Source: Patescibacteria group bacterium
GTDB taxonomy: Bacteria; Patescibacteriota; Patescibacteriia; UBA1558
Length of the DNA: 64,000 nt
Reading direction: 5' to 3'
NCBI GenBank assembly: GCA_016784445.1
Contig: JADHUR010000002.1
Coordinates: 31,092 to 95,091, forward strand
A program made the position numbers and the translations under genes. This document shows positions 12,878 through 22,932 of the stretch, one piece after another. The notes below the pieces were generated by a model that saw only the letters and a program-made list of their open reading frames with translations, was not told the DNA's origin and did not search any database. Position 1 is the first letter of the stretch, and every line of letters starts with the position of its first letter.

Positions 12878-13900
12878 ATGACAAAAAAAGACACTGCCAA
12901 AAAAGATCGTGGTAATGCAGCAATTGCTGCAATCGATCAAATAAATGAAAAGTTTGGTGATGGCGCAATCATGAGATTTGGTGAAGCCAAAATCATGGAA
13001 GTAGATGCTGTATCTACTGGCTGTTTATCACTAGATATATCACTAGGCATAGGTGGAGTTCCTAGAGGCAGAATTATTGAAATCTACGGGCCCGAGGCTT
13101 CTGGTAAAACAACTCTTGCGCAACACATAGTAGCTGAAGTTCAAAAGGCTGGTGGTACAGCAGCATTTGTTGATGCCGAACATGCCCTAGACCCAGAGTA
13201 TGCTAAAAAAATTGGAGTAAATGTTGACGAATTATTAATTTCACAACCAGACACTGGGGAACAAGCATTAGAAATCACTGAAACACTTGTGCGCTCAAAT
13301 GGTATTGATGTCGTTGTGGTAGATTCAGTAGCGGCTCTTGTTCCAAGAAAAGAAATTGAAGGAGAAATGGGAGATTCACATGTTGGTTTGCAAGCAAGAC
13401 TTATGAGTCAGGCTCTAAGAAAATTATCCGGTGTTGTTTCAAAGAGTAATACTGTTCTAATTTTTATTAATCAAACTAGGATGAAGATAGGAATTATGTT
13501 TGGTAATCCAGAAACAACATCTGGTGGCATGGCATTAAAATTCTATTCATCTGTACGTATTGAGGTTCGCAAGGCAGCTCAACTGAAAAAAGGAGAGAAA
13601 TTTATTGGTAATAGAGTTCGCTGTAAGATTGTAAAGAATAAAGTTGCTCCGCCTTTTCAAAATTGTGAATTTGATATTATGTATAATGAAGGTATTTCAA
13701 TTGCAGGAGATATAATAGATCTAGGAGTTGAGAAAGGCATAATCAAGAAAGCGGGCGCTAGCTACAGTTATGGAGAGGAAAAATTGGGTGTAGGCAGAGA
13801 AACGGCTAAACAATACATTAAATCAAACAAGAAATTAATAGATAAAATTAGAGCCGAGATTTGGAAAATTGTTAAAGAAGAGAGAGTAGCTGATAAATAA
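12878..13900 (+). CDS. recA: Recombinase A
   Basis: [22 protein letters not shown] and ALKFYSSVR. Confidence 0.99.
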   Translation: MTKKDTAKKDRGNAAIAAIDQINEKFGDGAIMRFGEAKIMEVDAVSTGCLSLDISLGIGGVPRGRIIEIYGPEASGKTTLAQHIVAEVQKAGGTAAFVDAEHALDPEYAKKIGVNVDELLISQPDTGEQALEITETLVRSNGIDVVVVDSVAALVPRKEIEGEMGDSHVGLQARLMSQALRKLSGVVSKSNTVLIFINQTRMKIGIMFGNPETTSGGMALKFYSSVRIEVRKAAQLKKGEKFIGNRVRCKIVKNKVAPPFQNCEFDIMYNEGISIAGDIIDLGVEKGIIKKAGASYSYGEEKLGVGRETAKQYIKSNKKLIDKIRAEIWKIVKEERVADK

Positions 13901-13910
13901 ACTATTATTA

Positions 13911-13941
13911 AAAACCTACTTTTTTCTGAAGTAGGTTTTTT
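13911..13941 (+). terminator. Terminator after recA
   Basis: aaaacctactt/aagtaggtttt stem with T-tract. Confidence 0.8.
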
Positions 13942-13978
13942 ATTTGATTTTTAATCCTTTTTTACGTAAAATTAATAC

Positions 13979-15394
13979 ATGTCACTTACAAAAAAAGTAG
14001 CTTACAATACTGCCATGCAGTTTACAGGCAAAATAATAAGCACCATTATTGGTGTTATTATTGTAGGTCTTATAACTAGACATCTTGGTCAATCTGGATA
14101 TGGTCAATATACTACTGTTCTAGCCTTTGTACAGTTCTTTGCTGTTATTGTAGATCTTGGTCTCTACCTTGCCTTGATGCAAGAGATATCAGACCCTGAA
14201 GTAGACGAAAGAAAAGCAGTTAGTAATGTATTCACCATGAAATTAATGAGCGCTTTTGTCTTTTTTGCTCTTGCTCCATTTATTGTATTACTCTTTCCTT
14301 ATGCTCTCATTGTAAAACAAGGCGTGATATTAATGTCGATATCATTTTTCCTATTTACCTTAGCACAGGTTCTTGTAGCAATTTTTCAGAAGAATTTGCG
14401 AATGGATAAAATTATTGGAACAGAAGTTATTGGAAGATTAGCTTTCCTCATAACAGTTATCTTGGTGGTAGTATTTCAAAAGGGTTTACTCTATATAATT
14501 CTAGGTAATGTAGTCTTTAATATAATATATTTTGGTTTAATATTCTTCATGGCCAGAAGTTATACAAAATTTAACTTTGGCTTTGACTTTGTCTATTGGA
14601 AAAAGATTTGGCATAGAGCCTGGCCAATTGCTCTCACTTCATTACTTACTCTTGTTTACTTTAAAGCAGATACATTAATTTTATCTGTATACAGGAGTGA
14701 GGGTGAGGTTGGTATTTATGGGGCAACTTATAAAGTACTGGAAATAATTGGCACTTTCCCTCATATGTTTTTAGGGCTTGTTTTGCCAGTTTTAACAGCA
14801 GCCTATGTTACAAATAATATTGAGAGATTCAAACGTGTGTATCAAAAAGTTTTTGATTTCTTTTTAATGATTTCTATACCTCTTATTGTTGGCACCATGC
14901 TACTTGCAGATAGAGTGATGGTATTGATAGCTGGCGATGAATTTATAGCCTCTGGTGATGTATTAAAAATATTAATCTGGGCAACAGCTATAATATTTTT
15001 TGGTAGTTTATTTGGCTATATTATCTTAGCTATTGATAAACAAAAAAAGATGATACCTTACTATATTATTACAGCAGCTATGGCGCTCATATTATACTTT
15101 GCATTAATCCCTCAATTCTCCTACTGGGCAGCAGCTAGTATAACTGTATTTATTGAATTGCTGTACACCCTATTTGCCTTCTATATTAGCTATAAATACT
15201 CTAAAATAGGTATTAATCTAAGATCCTTTATTAAGATACTATTTGCAAGTTTAATTATGGGACTCTTCATATATGTTCTATTTAGCCTAAACCTAATGCT
15301 ATTAATCTTTCTTGCTTCAATAATTTATATACTAACCCTCTATCTTGTTAAAGGTATAGACAAAAGCATCCTTAATGAATTAAGAGCAAAATAA
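13979..15394 (+). CDS. Wzx-like oligosaccharide flippase (MOP family)
   Basis: Polytopic membrane protein; R.LG...YGQY, DLGL, D.LILS...EVGIY motifs. Confidence 0.85.
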   Translation: MSLTKKVAYNTAMQFTGKIISTIIGVIIVGLITRHLGQSGYGQYTTVLAFVQFFAVIVDLGLYLALMQEISDPEVDERKAVSNVFTMKLMSAFVFFALAPFIVLLFPYALIVKQGVILMSISFFLFTLAQVLVAIFQKNLRMDKIIGTEVIGRLAFLITVILVVVFQKGLLYIILGNVVFNIIYFGLIFFMARSYTKFNFGFDFVYWKKIWHRAWPIALTSLLTLVYFKADTLILSVYRSEGEVGIYGATYKVLEIIGTFPHMFLGLVLPVLTAAYVTNNIERFKRVYQKVFDFFLMISIPLIVGTMLLADRVMVLIAGDEFIASGDVLKILIWATAIIFFGSLFGYIILAIDKQKKMIPYYIITAAMALILYFALIPQFSYWAAASITVFIELLYTLFAFYISYKYSKIGINLRSFIKILFASLIMGLFIYVLFSLNLMLLIFLASIIYILTLYLVKGIDKSILNELRAK

Positions 15395-16786
15395 ATGTTA
15401 AATCTTTTACTAATATCAATTTTCTATATCTTCTTTATTGTTTTTGCTTGGCCAAAAATGGAAAGAGGTGTTTATTTAATTATACTTTTATTACCAACAT
15501 ATTTAATACGCTTCCAAATAATTAATATTCCCCTCACATTATTGGAAGGAATGGTTTTATTATTATTCTTAATGTGGTTGATAAAACTATGGCAAAGTAA
15601 AAAATTACACATTGCAATATCTGCTTGGCTTAAAAAAACTTTTAGATCAGAAACTGAAATCGTGGGCACAACAAAGCGTAACTTAATTCCAAAAATTATT
15701 GCTCTACCAATATTTATATTTTTTCTATCCTCAATAGTTGCTCTCACTTTAACTCCTCAAACTATATTAGGGGCAGGAATATGGAAAGCATACTTTCTTG
15801 AACCATTAATGTTTTTAGGGGTAATGCTTTATTATATACGAAAGAATTCTGAAATTAATAAATTGATATACGCCTTTAGCATTTTATCTATAGCAGTTTT
15901 TATTTATGCACTTATTCAAAAATTAACTGGCTGGAATATTCCTACTCTAGATTGGTATTTACCTGAAACAAGAAGAGTAACAACTTTCTTCGGCTATCCG
16001 AATGCAAATGGTCTATTACTAGCACCAATTGGAGCTTTAATTTTTGCAACGCTTTGGATAAAGGAATATACATTTTTAAAGATCTTAAAACTTATTTCAT
16101 TTATTTCTATTATCTTAACAATAATGTGGGCGGGTAGCGAAGGTGCCTTAATTGCATTAAGCCTTGGTGTATTTATAATATTACTTACAAAAAAACACAC
16201 CCGTCTTCTTGCTATTATACTGGCAATTATCTGTTTTGCTGGAATACTATTAACTCCAACACTAAGAACAGTAATGTTTGAGAAATTAACCATATCTGAT
16301 CACTCCGGTCAGATTAGACAAGCACAATGGACTGAAACAATCTCTATGCTAAGAGATAGGCCCATAAACGGAAGCGGGCTCGCTAATTATAAGCAAGCCA
16401 TTGAACCATATCATTCATCTGGTCTTACAATTAACGACAAGTGGCAACCTGTAGAAATATTCCTTTACCCTCATAATATAATTCTAAATTTCTGGGCTGA
16501 GATAGGTATATATGGTCTATTTAGTATTATTTGGCTATTTATTGTCCTAGGGGTGCTTATATACAGGATAAATATTAAGAAAAAATGGCTTCCTAAGTAT
16601 AAAAAAGAATATATTAACCATCTAAGCCTTGGTGTTAGTTCTGCTTTTATAGTAATAATAGTACATGGGCTTGTGGATGTGCCTTACTTTAAAAACGATT
16701 TGAGTATACTTTTCTGGATAATAACAGGTATTACAATAATTCTTTATAACCATACTGTTAATAAAAAGATAGCTGAATTAGAATAG
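15395..16786 (+). CDS. O-antigen ligase / Wzy_C family protein
   Basis: R...FFGYPNA.G, R..QW...MLRDRPI.G.G and PHNI.LNFWAE.G motifs. Confidence 0.85.
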   Translation: MLNLLLISIFYIFFIVFAWPKMERGVYLIILLLPTYLIRFQIINIPLTLLEGMVLLLFLMWLIKLWQSKKLHIAISAWLKKTFRSETEIVGTTKRNLIPKIIALPIFIFFLSSIVALTLTPQTILGAGIWKAYFLEPLMFLGVMLYYIRKNSEINKLIYAFSILSIAVFIYALIQKLTGWNIPTLDWYLPETRRVTTFFGYPNANGLLLAPIGALIFATLWIKEYTFLKILKLISFISIILTIMWAGSEGALIALSLGVFIILLTKKHTRLLAIILAIICFAGILLTPTLRTVMFEKLTISDHSGQIRQAQWTETISMLRDRPINGSGLANYKQAIEPYHSSGLTINDKWQPVEIFLYPHNIILNFWAEIGIYGLFSIIWLFIVLGVLIYRINIKKKWLPKYKKEYINHLSLGVSSAFIVIIVHGLVDVPYFKNDLSILFWIITGITIILYNHTVNKKIAELE

Positions 16787-16875
16787 GAGGTGTGGCAGAG
16801 TGGTTTAATGCGCTGCTCTCGAAAAGCAGTGGACCTTAATTGGTCTCGAAGGTTCGAATCCTTCCATCTCCGCCA
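16786..16875 (+). tRNA. tRNA-Ser(CGA)
   Basis: Acceptor GGAGGTG/CATCTCC, anticodon arm ctgct-ctCGAaa-agcag, long variable arm, encoded CCA. Confidence 0.95.
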
Positions 16876-16939
16876 AAAAACACTCCCTATAGAGAGTGTT
16901 TTTATTTTAAAACTTTATATTATAGATAACTAGCCCACG

Positions 16940-17407
16940 CTAAGTTCGTCCTTCTAAATCCTTAATAACTTCTTCTACGTGCTTACTAGGACTTACTTTT
17001 ATGTAATGCTTCAATACTTTTCCTTTTTTATCTATCAAAAATGAATCTCTTTGTATACCCATATACTTCTTACCAAACATGGTTTTATCTTTCCAAACTC
17101 CATATTTTTTAACAACTTCCTTCTCTTCGTCAGAAAGCAGGGGAAAATTTAACCCATGTCTCTCTGTAAATTTTTGATGCGATTCAATACTATCTATAGA
17201 AACTCCTAATACATACACGCCAAGCTTCTTAAACTCATTATTCTTATCCCTAAAACACTTAGCTTCAATTGTACAGCCAGGCGTCATGTCCTTAGGATAA
17301 AAATATAACAAAACATATTTCCCTTTAAAATCACTCAAACTGACTATTTTATTATTTTGATCTTTTAATTTAAAGCTTGGTGCTTTCTTGTTTTCTAGTT
17401 CTAACAT
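16940..17407 (-). CDS. bcp: Peroxiredoxin BCP/PrxQ
   Basis: YFYPKDMTPGCTIEAKCFRD. Confidence 0.95.
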   Translation of the reverse strand: MLELENKKAPSFKLKDQNNKIVSLSDFKGKYVLLYFYPKDMTPGCTIEAKCFRDKNNEFKKLGVYVLGVSIDSIESHQKFTERHGLNFPLLSDEEKEVVKKYGVWKDKTMFGKKYMGIQRDSFLIDKKGKVLKHYIKVSPSKHVEEVIKDLEGRT

Positions 17408-17524
17408 ATTTTATTTTATAAATAATTATATATACAGTATATAGTATTTGAGTGATTCAGTCTTTTGTTTTACAAACTGCCCATAAAATTGTATAATTTA
17501 CCTAGTTTTAACAAAAAAACAACT

Positions 17525-18922
17525 ATGATATCTAAAACAAAACTCACAATTCTTACTCTAATTCTTATTTCCATGCCATTGATGGGTTTTGGTTGTAAAT
17601 TCTCTCAGAGTTCTGAGGTTGAACAACTATATAAACCTATTGAATTAAATTGGTGGGGAGTTTGGGAAGAAACGGCTGATGTTGCAACTTTAATTAATGC
17701 ATATCAGACAATTCATCCAAATATTAAAGTAAAATATAGAAAATTTCGTTTTGAAGAATATGAAGCTGAATTAACAAAAGCATGGCTTGAACAAAGAGGG
17801 CCAGAAATATTTTCTATACCCTCTACTCTTTTAAGACAGTATGAGAACTTAATAAAACCTATGCCCTCTTCAATGAGAATTCCTTTCCTTGAAATAAAAA
17901 AAGGTCTTAAAGAAGAACAAATTATTACAGTGAAGACAATCTCTGGTTTAACCCCTAAAAAAGTACAAGAACTATTTGCTCCTGTAGTGCATGAACAAGT
18001 TATTATTAATGATGAGGTTTATGGCCTTCCACTCAGTGTTGATACTTTAGCTCTTTATTATAATAGAGATCTATTAAATAGTGCTAAAATTCCATTACCA
18101 GCTACTACTTGGGCCGAACTTGTAGAACATGTAAAGGATCTTACCACCTATGATAATGATGGTAATATATTGCAATCTGGAATTGCTTTAGGTTCGGCTA
18201 ATAATATTCCTCGTGCTAATGATATACTTTCCTTATTAATGATGCAGAACGGTGCACAAATGACTGGTGATAATAATTATGCAACCTTTAATCAAGCTCC
18301 ACCAGACCAGGGAAGATTTTATCCTGGCAAGGATGCTTTAGAGTTTTATGTAGACTTTATTGATCCTACAAAGGAAGTTTATTCATGGACAGAAGATAAA
18401 CCTGATGCATTAGAGATGTTTACTTCAGGAAAACTTGCTTACTTTATTGGTTATGCTTATCAAGCACCAATTATAAAAGCTCAATCACCTAAATTAAATT
18501 TTAATATATCTCCAATGCTACAAACTGTTCCTGATGTACAAGAAGTTAATTTTGCAGATTTCTGGGCATTAACAACCTATTTTGGTGCTGCAGAAGAGAA
18601 GCTTTCACCTGCTTGGGATTTCATTAGATATATTACTACCACTCCTGAACTTACGAAGAAATACCTTGAAGAAAGCAAACAACCAACCGCATTACTGTCA
18701 CTTATAAATGACCAGATACAAACTGAAAGCATGGGCATTTTTGCAGATCAAGTTTTAAATGCACGTGCTTGGTATAGAGGTTATGACGCAGCAGAAGCAG
18801 ATAATGCTATGAGTGATCTTATTTATCAAGCATATCATAATGTTTCAAGCGAACTGGCAACTATAGATATATTGGACTTAACAGTTCGTAGAATTAATCA
18901 AACAATTAGAAAACCTGAATGA
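17525..18922 (+). CDS. Extracellular solute-binding protein (sugar-binding ABC SBP-like), lipobox-like N-terminus
   Basis: LMGFGC, YGLPLSVDTLALYYNRDL, W.EL and AWDFIRY; ATG at 17525 preferred over the upstream TTG. Confidence 0.8.
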   Translation: MISKTKLTILTLILISMPLMGFGCKFSQSSEVEQLYKPIELNWWGVWEETADVATLINAYQTIHPNIKVKYRKFRFEEYEAELTKAWLEQRGPEIFSIPSTLLRQYENLIKPMPSSMRIPFLEIKKGLKEEQIITVKTISGLTPKKVQELFAPVVHEQVIINDEVYGLPLSVDTLALYYNRDLLNSAKIPLPATTWAELVEHVKDLTTYDNDGNILQSGIALGSANNIPRANDILSLLMMQNGAQMTGDNNYATFNQAPPDQGRFYPGKDALEFYVDFIDPTKEVYSWTEDKPDALEMFTSGKLAYFIGYAYQAPIIKAQSPKLNFNISPMLQTVPDVQEVNFADFWALTTYFGAAEEKLSPAWDFIRYITTTPELTKKYLEESKQPTALLSLINDQIQTESMGIFADQVLNARAWYRGYDAAEADNAMSDLIYQAYHNVSSELATIDILDLTVRRINQTIRKPE

Positions 18923-19587
18923 AGAAATTATTATTAGTTTTATTTTTATTACTTTTGCCAGTTCTTGCAAGCGCATCTGTTTTTCAAGACCCAAGTTACT
19001 ATCCTTACGAGGATCAGGTTGAACATCAAAATGACCCTGGCTTTTTTACAAATCAAGAAAACTATGATCAATCATGCATAGCAGATGGAAGCTGTTCTCT
19101 AGATCAAGGGTTTAATACTTTTGTTGTTTTATCTAAATGGGCCATGGGAATACTTGGTAGTATATCTCTACTATTTTTCATAATCGGTGGAATCATGTGG
19201 CTTACTTCCGGCGGAAAACCAGGCCCAATTCAACAAGGTAAAAGTATAATGATTAGCACAGTAATTGGAATAATAATTGTAATGAGTTCATGGTTAATAG
19301 TTCAGGCCGTCCTCACCTCTCTTTCAGATAGAACTCTGCAAGGTTTAGATGGCGGAAGTCAAACACAAGATCTTTGTTCAACTGAATTAGATGAAGGTGA
19401 TTCATGTCGTGGTAATCTTGGAATTTGTCAGGGTGGTATTTGTGTTGAAAAATGTACCGCAACAAATACCAGACCTCCAGGCGGTGGATATGATTGTAGA
19501 GAATTTACAGATTGCGATGAAGATTCTATTATAAGAATGTATTGCTTCGGTTCAAATAGTACTGTTTGTTGTCAGGCGTCTCAATAA
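18919..19587 (+). CDS. VirB2/TrbC-like pilin with Cys-rich C-terminal domain (candidate minor or tip pilin)
   Basis: Core GG.MWLTSGG...I..GK......IG..I, followed by a 10-Cys domain. Confidence 0.75.
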   Translation: MKKLLLVLFLLLLPVLASASVFQDPSYYPYEDQVEHQNDPGFFTNQENYDQSCIADGSCSLDQGFNTFVVLSKWAMGILGSISLLFFIIGGIMWLTSGGKPGPIQQGKSIMISTVIGIIIVMSSWLIVQAVLTSLSDRTLQGLDGGSQTQDLCSTELDEGDSCRGNLGICQGGICVEKCTATNTRPPGGGYDCREFTDCDEDSIIRMYCFGSNSTVCCQASQ

Positions 19588-19603
19588 TAAATAAATAAAA
19601 TAT

Positions 19604-19939
19604 ATGAATAAAAAACTTATTAATTTCATAATAGCTTTCTCAATTCTATTAATAATAGTAGCTATTCCAGTCCAAGCAACAAATATTAACAACCCCCTAA
19701 CTGTAGATAGCCCTCAAGAGTTGGTAGGGGTCATTATTAAGGCGCTACTTGGTCTAACAGGTACAATTTCACTTATTTACTTTATTATTGGTGGTTTTAT
19801 GTGGATGACAGCGGGCGGAAATAAAGATAATGTCCAAAAAGGTAAAAATACACTAGTCTGGGCAACCCTAGGACTTGTTATAATATTCTCTGCTTACAGT
19901 ATTCTAACCTTTGTTTTTGACATATTACCAACCAATTAA
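19604..19939 (+). CDS. VirB2/TrbC-like pilin 2
   Basis: Signal peptide (VQA), two TM, WMTAGGN.D.V.KGK. Confidence 0.8.
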   Translation: MNKKLINFIIAFSILLIIVAIPVQATNINNPLTVDSPQELVGVIIKALLGLTGTISLIYFIIGGFMWMTAGGNKDNVQKGKNTLVWATLGLVIIFSAYSILTFVFDILPTN

Positions 19940-20028
19940 ATTGTTAAAATCAGTAAATTATAGTATAATATTTCTATAATTAGTGTATAATAATTAAAAT
20001 ATCCTTAATAAAGTGTAATTAAAAAACT

Positions 20029-20418
20029 ATGAGTAAAAAGTTAATTTTTCTTTTGGTGCTAGTTTCTTTACTAGCTCTACCAATGATACAAACAGTTCAC
20101 GCATCTCCATCATCTGGAGACGTAAGAGCTTTAACCGGAATAGATGAAGATGTAACTAATCCCGGACTAGGGGAAGAAGACCTAGATGTTGTTGTACAAG
20201 AAATTATCAAAGTTATTCTTGGCTTCTTAGGCTTAATTGCCGTTGTCATTATATTAGTGGGTGGATTCTTCTGGATGACAGCTGGTGGTAATGAAGATAA
20301 TGTTAAAAAAGGTAGAAAGTGGATTATTAATGGTGTTATTGGCCTTCTTATCGTTCTTTCAGCTTATGCTATTGCAGAATTCGCAATTTCAAACGCTGCT
20401 GACGTAACAACACAATAA
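20029..20418 (+). CDS. VirB2/TrbC-like pilin 3
   Basis: Signal peptide (VHA), WMTAGGNEDNVKKGR. Confidence 0.8.
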   Translation: MSKKLIFLLVLVSLLALPMIQTVHASPSSGDVRALTGIDEDVTNPGLGEEDLDVVVQEIIKVILGFLGLIAVVIILVGGFFWMTAGGNEDNVKKGRKWIINGVIGLLIVLSAYAIAEFAISNAADVTTQ

Positions 20419-20470
20419 AAAATAAATAATTATTAACTTGCCCACGAAAGGGGGCTATATAAATAAATAT

Positions 20471-20830
20471 ATGAACAAAAAAGCATTTGCAATCATTATG
20501 GTTGTAGCAATCATGGCAGTTCCTATGCTAGGCATGGCAGCTCCAGATTTAGGCCTTGACGACGCACAAGCAATTGGCTTAGGCGACGCTGGTGTTAAAG
20601 ATATTGTTAACAATATCATTTCTATTATCCTAGGCTTTCTAGGATTAATAGCTGTTATCCTTATCCTAATTGGTGGATTCTTATGGATGACTGCTGGTGG
20701 TAATGAAGATAGAGTTAAGAAAGGTAGACAGTATATTATTAATGGTGTTATCGGATTGATCATCATTTTAGCTGCTTACGCTATCGCTTCTTTCGTAATT
20801 ACAAACCTTGTAGACGCAACTACAACTTAA
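20471..20830 (+). CDS. VirB2/TrbC-like pilin 4
   Basis: ATG at 20471 (MNKKAF), WMTAGGNEDRVKKGR. Confidence 0.8.
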   Translation: MNKKAFAIIMVVAIMAVPMLGMAAPDLGLDDAQAIGLGDAGVKDIVNNIISIILGFLGLIAVILILIGGFLWMTAGGNEDRVKKGRQYIINGVIGLIIILAAYAIASFVITNLVDATTT

Positions 20831-20892
20831 ATTTATAGTCTAGACTATAGCGGATCATATTTATATGGTCCGCCTAAGCTTAAACTATATAA

Positions 20893-21279
20893 ATGAAAAT
20901 GACTTCAAAAAAATTAAACCTTTTGATTGTGGCTATATTTGTTATAGTCTTTTTTTCTATCCTATTTACAAGCCCTATACTTGCTATTGAAACAGGGTTA
21001 GACGAAACAGCGGGTATGGCTGGGTTTGAAACAGGAGCAACCGCAAAAACTCCTCCACAAATAGTAGCGAGTGTTATTCAAATAGCTCTAGGTTTTGTAG
21101 GGACACTATTCTTAATCTTTATCATTGTGTCTGGCTTTCAATGGATGACTGCTGGTGGCAATGCTACAACAATTGAAACGGCAAAGAAAAGAATAATAAA
21201 TGCAACTATTGGCCTTGTTATAATACTTGCTGCATATGCAATTACTCAATTCGTTCTAATAGAGATTGTAAACTTATAA
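20893..21279 (+). CDS. VirB2/TrbC-like pilin 5
   Basis: Signal peptide, QWMTAGGNATTIETAKKRIINA. Confidence 0.8.
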   Translation: MKMTSKKLNLLIVAIFVIVFFSILFTSPILAIETGLDETAGMAGFETGATAKTPPQIVASVIQIALGFVGTLFLIFIIVSGFQWMTAGGNATTIETAKKRIINATIGLVIILAAYAITQFVLIEIVNL

Positions 21280-21282
21280 TAT

Positions 21283-21711
21283 ATGAAAAAATATTTACTC
21301 TTAATTACTCTTTGTTCTCTAATTCTTTTCTCTTCAGTATTAGTTACTAAAGCTGCATTATTAAACCAAGATGGCCTAACGGCAATAGGTGATCAGACAA
21401 TGGAATTTGGAGCTGATGCTGGCTACAATCCTGATGATATGACTCCATTACCAGTAAGAATAGGGAATATAATACAAATAGCTCTAGGCTTCGTAGGGAC
21501 ACTCTTTCTAATTCTAATCATTGTATCTGGTTTTCAATGGATGACTGCTGGTGGCAATGCTACAACTATAGAAACAGCAAAAAAAAGAATAATAAATGCT
21601 ATTATAGGCTTAGCTATTGTATTGGCCGCCTACAGTATAACCTGGTTTGTCACAGAACAAGTACTAGGTGTTACTGGAGTTATAGAATTACAAGAAGAAG
21701 TATTACAATAA
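21283..21711 (+). CDS. VirB2/TrbC-like pilin 6
   Basis: Signal peptide, QWMTAGGNATTIETAKKRIINA. Confidence 0.8.
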   Translation: MKKYLLLITLCSLILFSSVLVTKAALLNQDGLTAIGDQTMEFGADAGYNPDDMTPLPVRIGNIIQIALGFVGTLFLILIIVSGFQWMTAGGNATTIETAKKRIINAIIGLAIVLAAYSITWFVTEQVLGVTGVIELQEEVLQ

Positions 21712-22029
21712 ATATATGAATAAACACTTATTTTACACAGCAGCCCTACTAACAATCATCGTGCTATCCTCTCTCTTTGTACTAAACCCTTCTGTACAAG
21801 CATCTAATGTACAAGACGGCCTTAGACAAGTTGGCGGTGAAGCATATTACAATGACGGCACTATGGAGCCTGCAGAAGCAAACCCAACCAATATTGTGGG
21901 TAGTATTATAGAAATTGCTTTAGGTTTTTTAGGAATAATTTTCGTAATACTAATTATAGTATCAGGTTATCAATGGATGACTGCTGGTGGCAATGCTACA
22001 ACTATAGAAACAGCAAAAAAAAGAATAAT
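21534..22029 (+). repeat. Identical 60-nt direct repeat in pilins 6 and 7 (21534-21593 and 21970-22029)
   Basis: tcaatggatgactgctggtggcaatgctacaactatagaaacagcaaaaaaaagaataat occurs twice. Confidence 0.9.
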
Positions 22030-22123
22030 CAATTCTGTAGTCGGACTACTTATTGTTCTAACAGCCTTTACAATAACTCTAGAAGTATTAAATAGAACAG
22101 GCGATATATTAACAAATAATTAA
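21716..22123 (+). CDS. VirB2/TrbC-like pilin 7
   Basis: Signal peptide (VQA), QWMTAGGNATTIETAKKRIINS. Confidence 0.8.
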   Translation: MNKHLFYTAALLTIIVLSSLFVLNPSVQASNVQDGLRQVGGEAYYNDGTMEPAEANPTNIVGSIIEIALGFLGIIFVILIIVSGYQWMTAGGNATTIETAKKRIINSVVGLLIVLTAFTITLEVLNRTGDILTNN

Positions 22124-22127
22124 ATCG

Positions 22128-22541
22128 ATGTTAAAAACAAGAAACAAGCAATTCTTCCTAAAAATATTCTTATTTTGTTTTTTGTTTATTATAATTTCTG
22201 CTCCTGCTTTACATGCCTCAGATGAAGTAATAGATAAAAATTTTGTTAAAGTCCTTAATGTTCAGAAGAATGCAATAGGAAACAATGATGAAACATCTGT
22301 ATCAACTATTATTATAAATATTCTTAAAATTGCATTAAGCTTTTTAGGAATACTCTTTGTTATTTTAATTATATGGTCAGGAGCTCAGTGGATGACCGCT
22401 GGTGGCAATGCAACAACAATTGAAACGGCAAAGAAAAGAATAATAAATTCTGTAATAGGCCTGGTAATAGTTTTAGGAGCCTTTGCTATAACAGAGTTTG
22501 TTCTAGACAATTTAATATCTGCTGTTGAAACAGAACAATAA
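22128..22541 (+). CDS. VirB2/TrbC-like pilin 8
   Basis: Signal peptide (LHA), QWMTAGGNATTIETAKKRIINS. Confidence 0.8.
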   Translation: MLKTRNKQFFLKIFLFCFLFIIISAPALHASDEVIDKNFVKVLNVQKNAIGNNDETSVSTIIINILKIALSFLGILFVILIIWSGAQWMTAGGNATTIETAKKRIINSVIGLVIVLGAFAITEFVLDNLISAVETEQ

Positions 22542-22542
22542 T

Positions 22543-22926
22543 ATGAAATATAAATTTATAACAATAAGCGCCCTATTAATATTTGTTTTTTTATTTAGCA
22601 TACAAGCTCAGGCAAGTGGTCTAAGTGATTTGGTTAATAGTGAGCTCGACACCGTTCAAGAGGGTATTACTGGCTCGACAACAGCAGCAAGTTTAGAAAA
22701 TATTATTATAAATATTGTTCATACGGTTTTAGGTTTTCTTGGATTAATATTTGTTGTTCTAATGATATGGTCAGGCTATCAATGGATGACATCTGGAGGA
22801 AATACAACCGCAATAGAAACTGCTAAGAAAAGAATCATAAATGCAGTAATTGGACTTGCTATTGTACTTGCAGCTTACTCCATAACTGAATTTTTAGTTA
22901 TACAAGTACTAAACGCTGTAAATTAA
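22543..22926 (+). CDS. VirB2/TrbC-like pilin 9
   Basis: ATG at 22543, signal peptide (AQA), QWMTSGGNTTAIETAKKRIINA. Confidence 0.8.
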   Translation: MKYKFITISALLIFVFLFSIQAQASGLSDLVNSELDTVQEGITGSTTAASLENIIINIVHTVLGFLGLIFVVLMIWSGYQWMTSGGNTTAIETAKKRIINAVIGLAIVLAAYSITEFLVIQVLNAVN

Positions 22927-22932
22927 ATACAA

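Noticed and set aside
21136-22448. Pilin repeats as a CRISPR array or DGR template/variable repeats
   Set aside because: The repeats are in-frame coding segments about 400-440 nt apart, the differences are not adenine-specific, and no cas or reverse transcriptase gene is in the window
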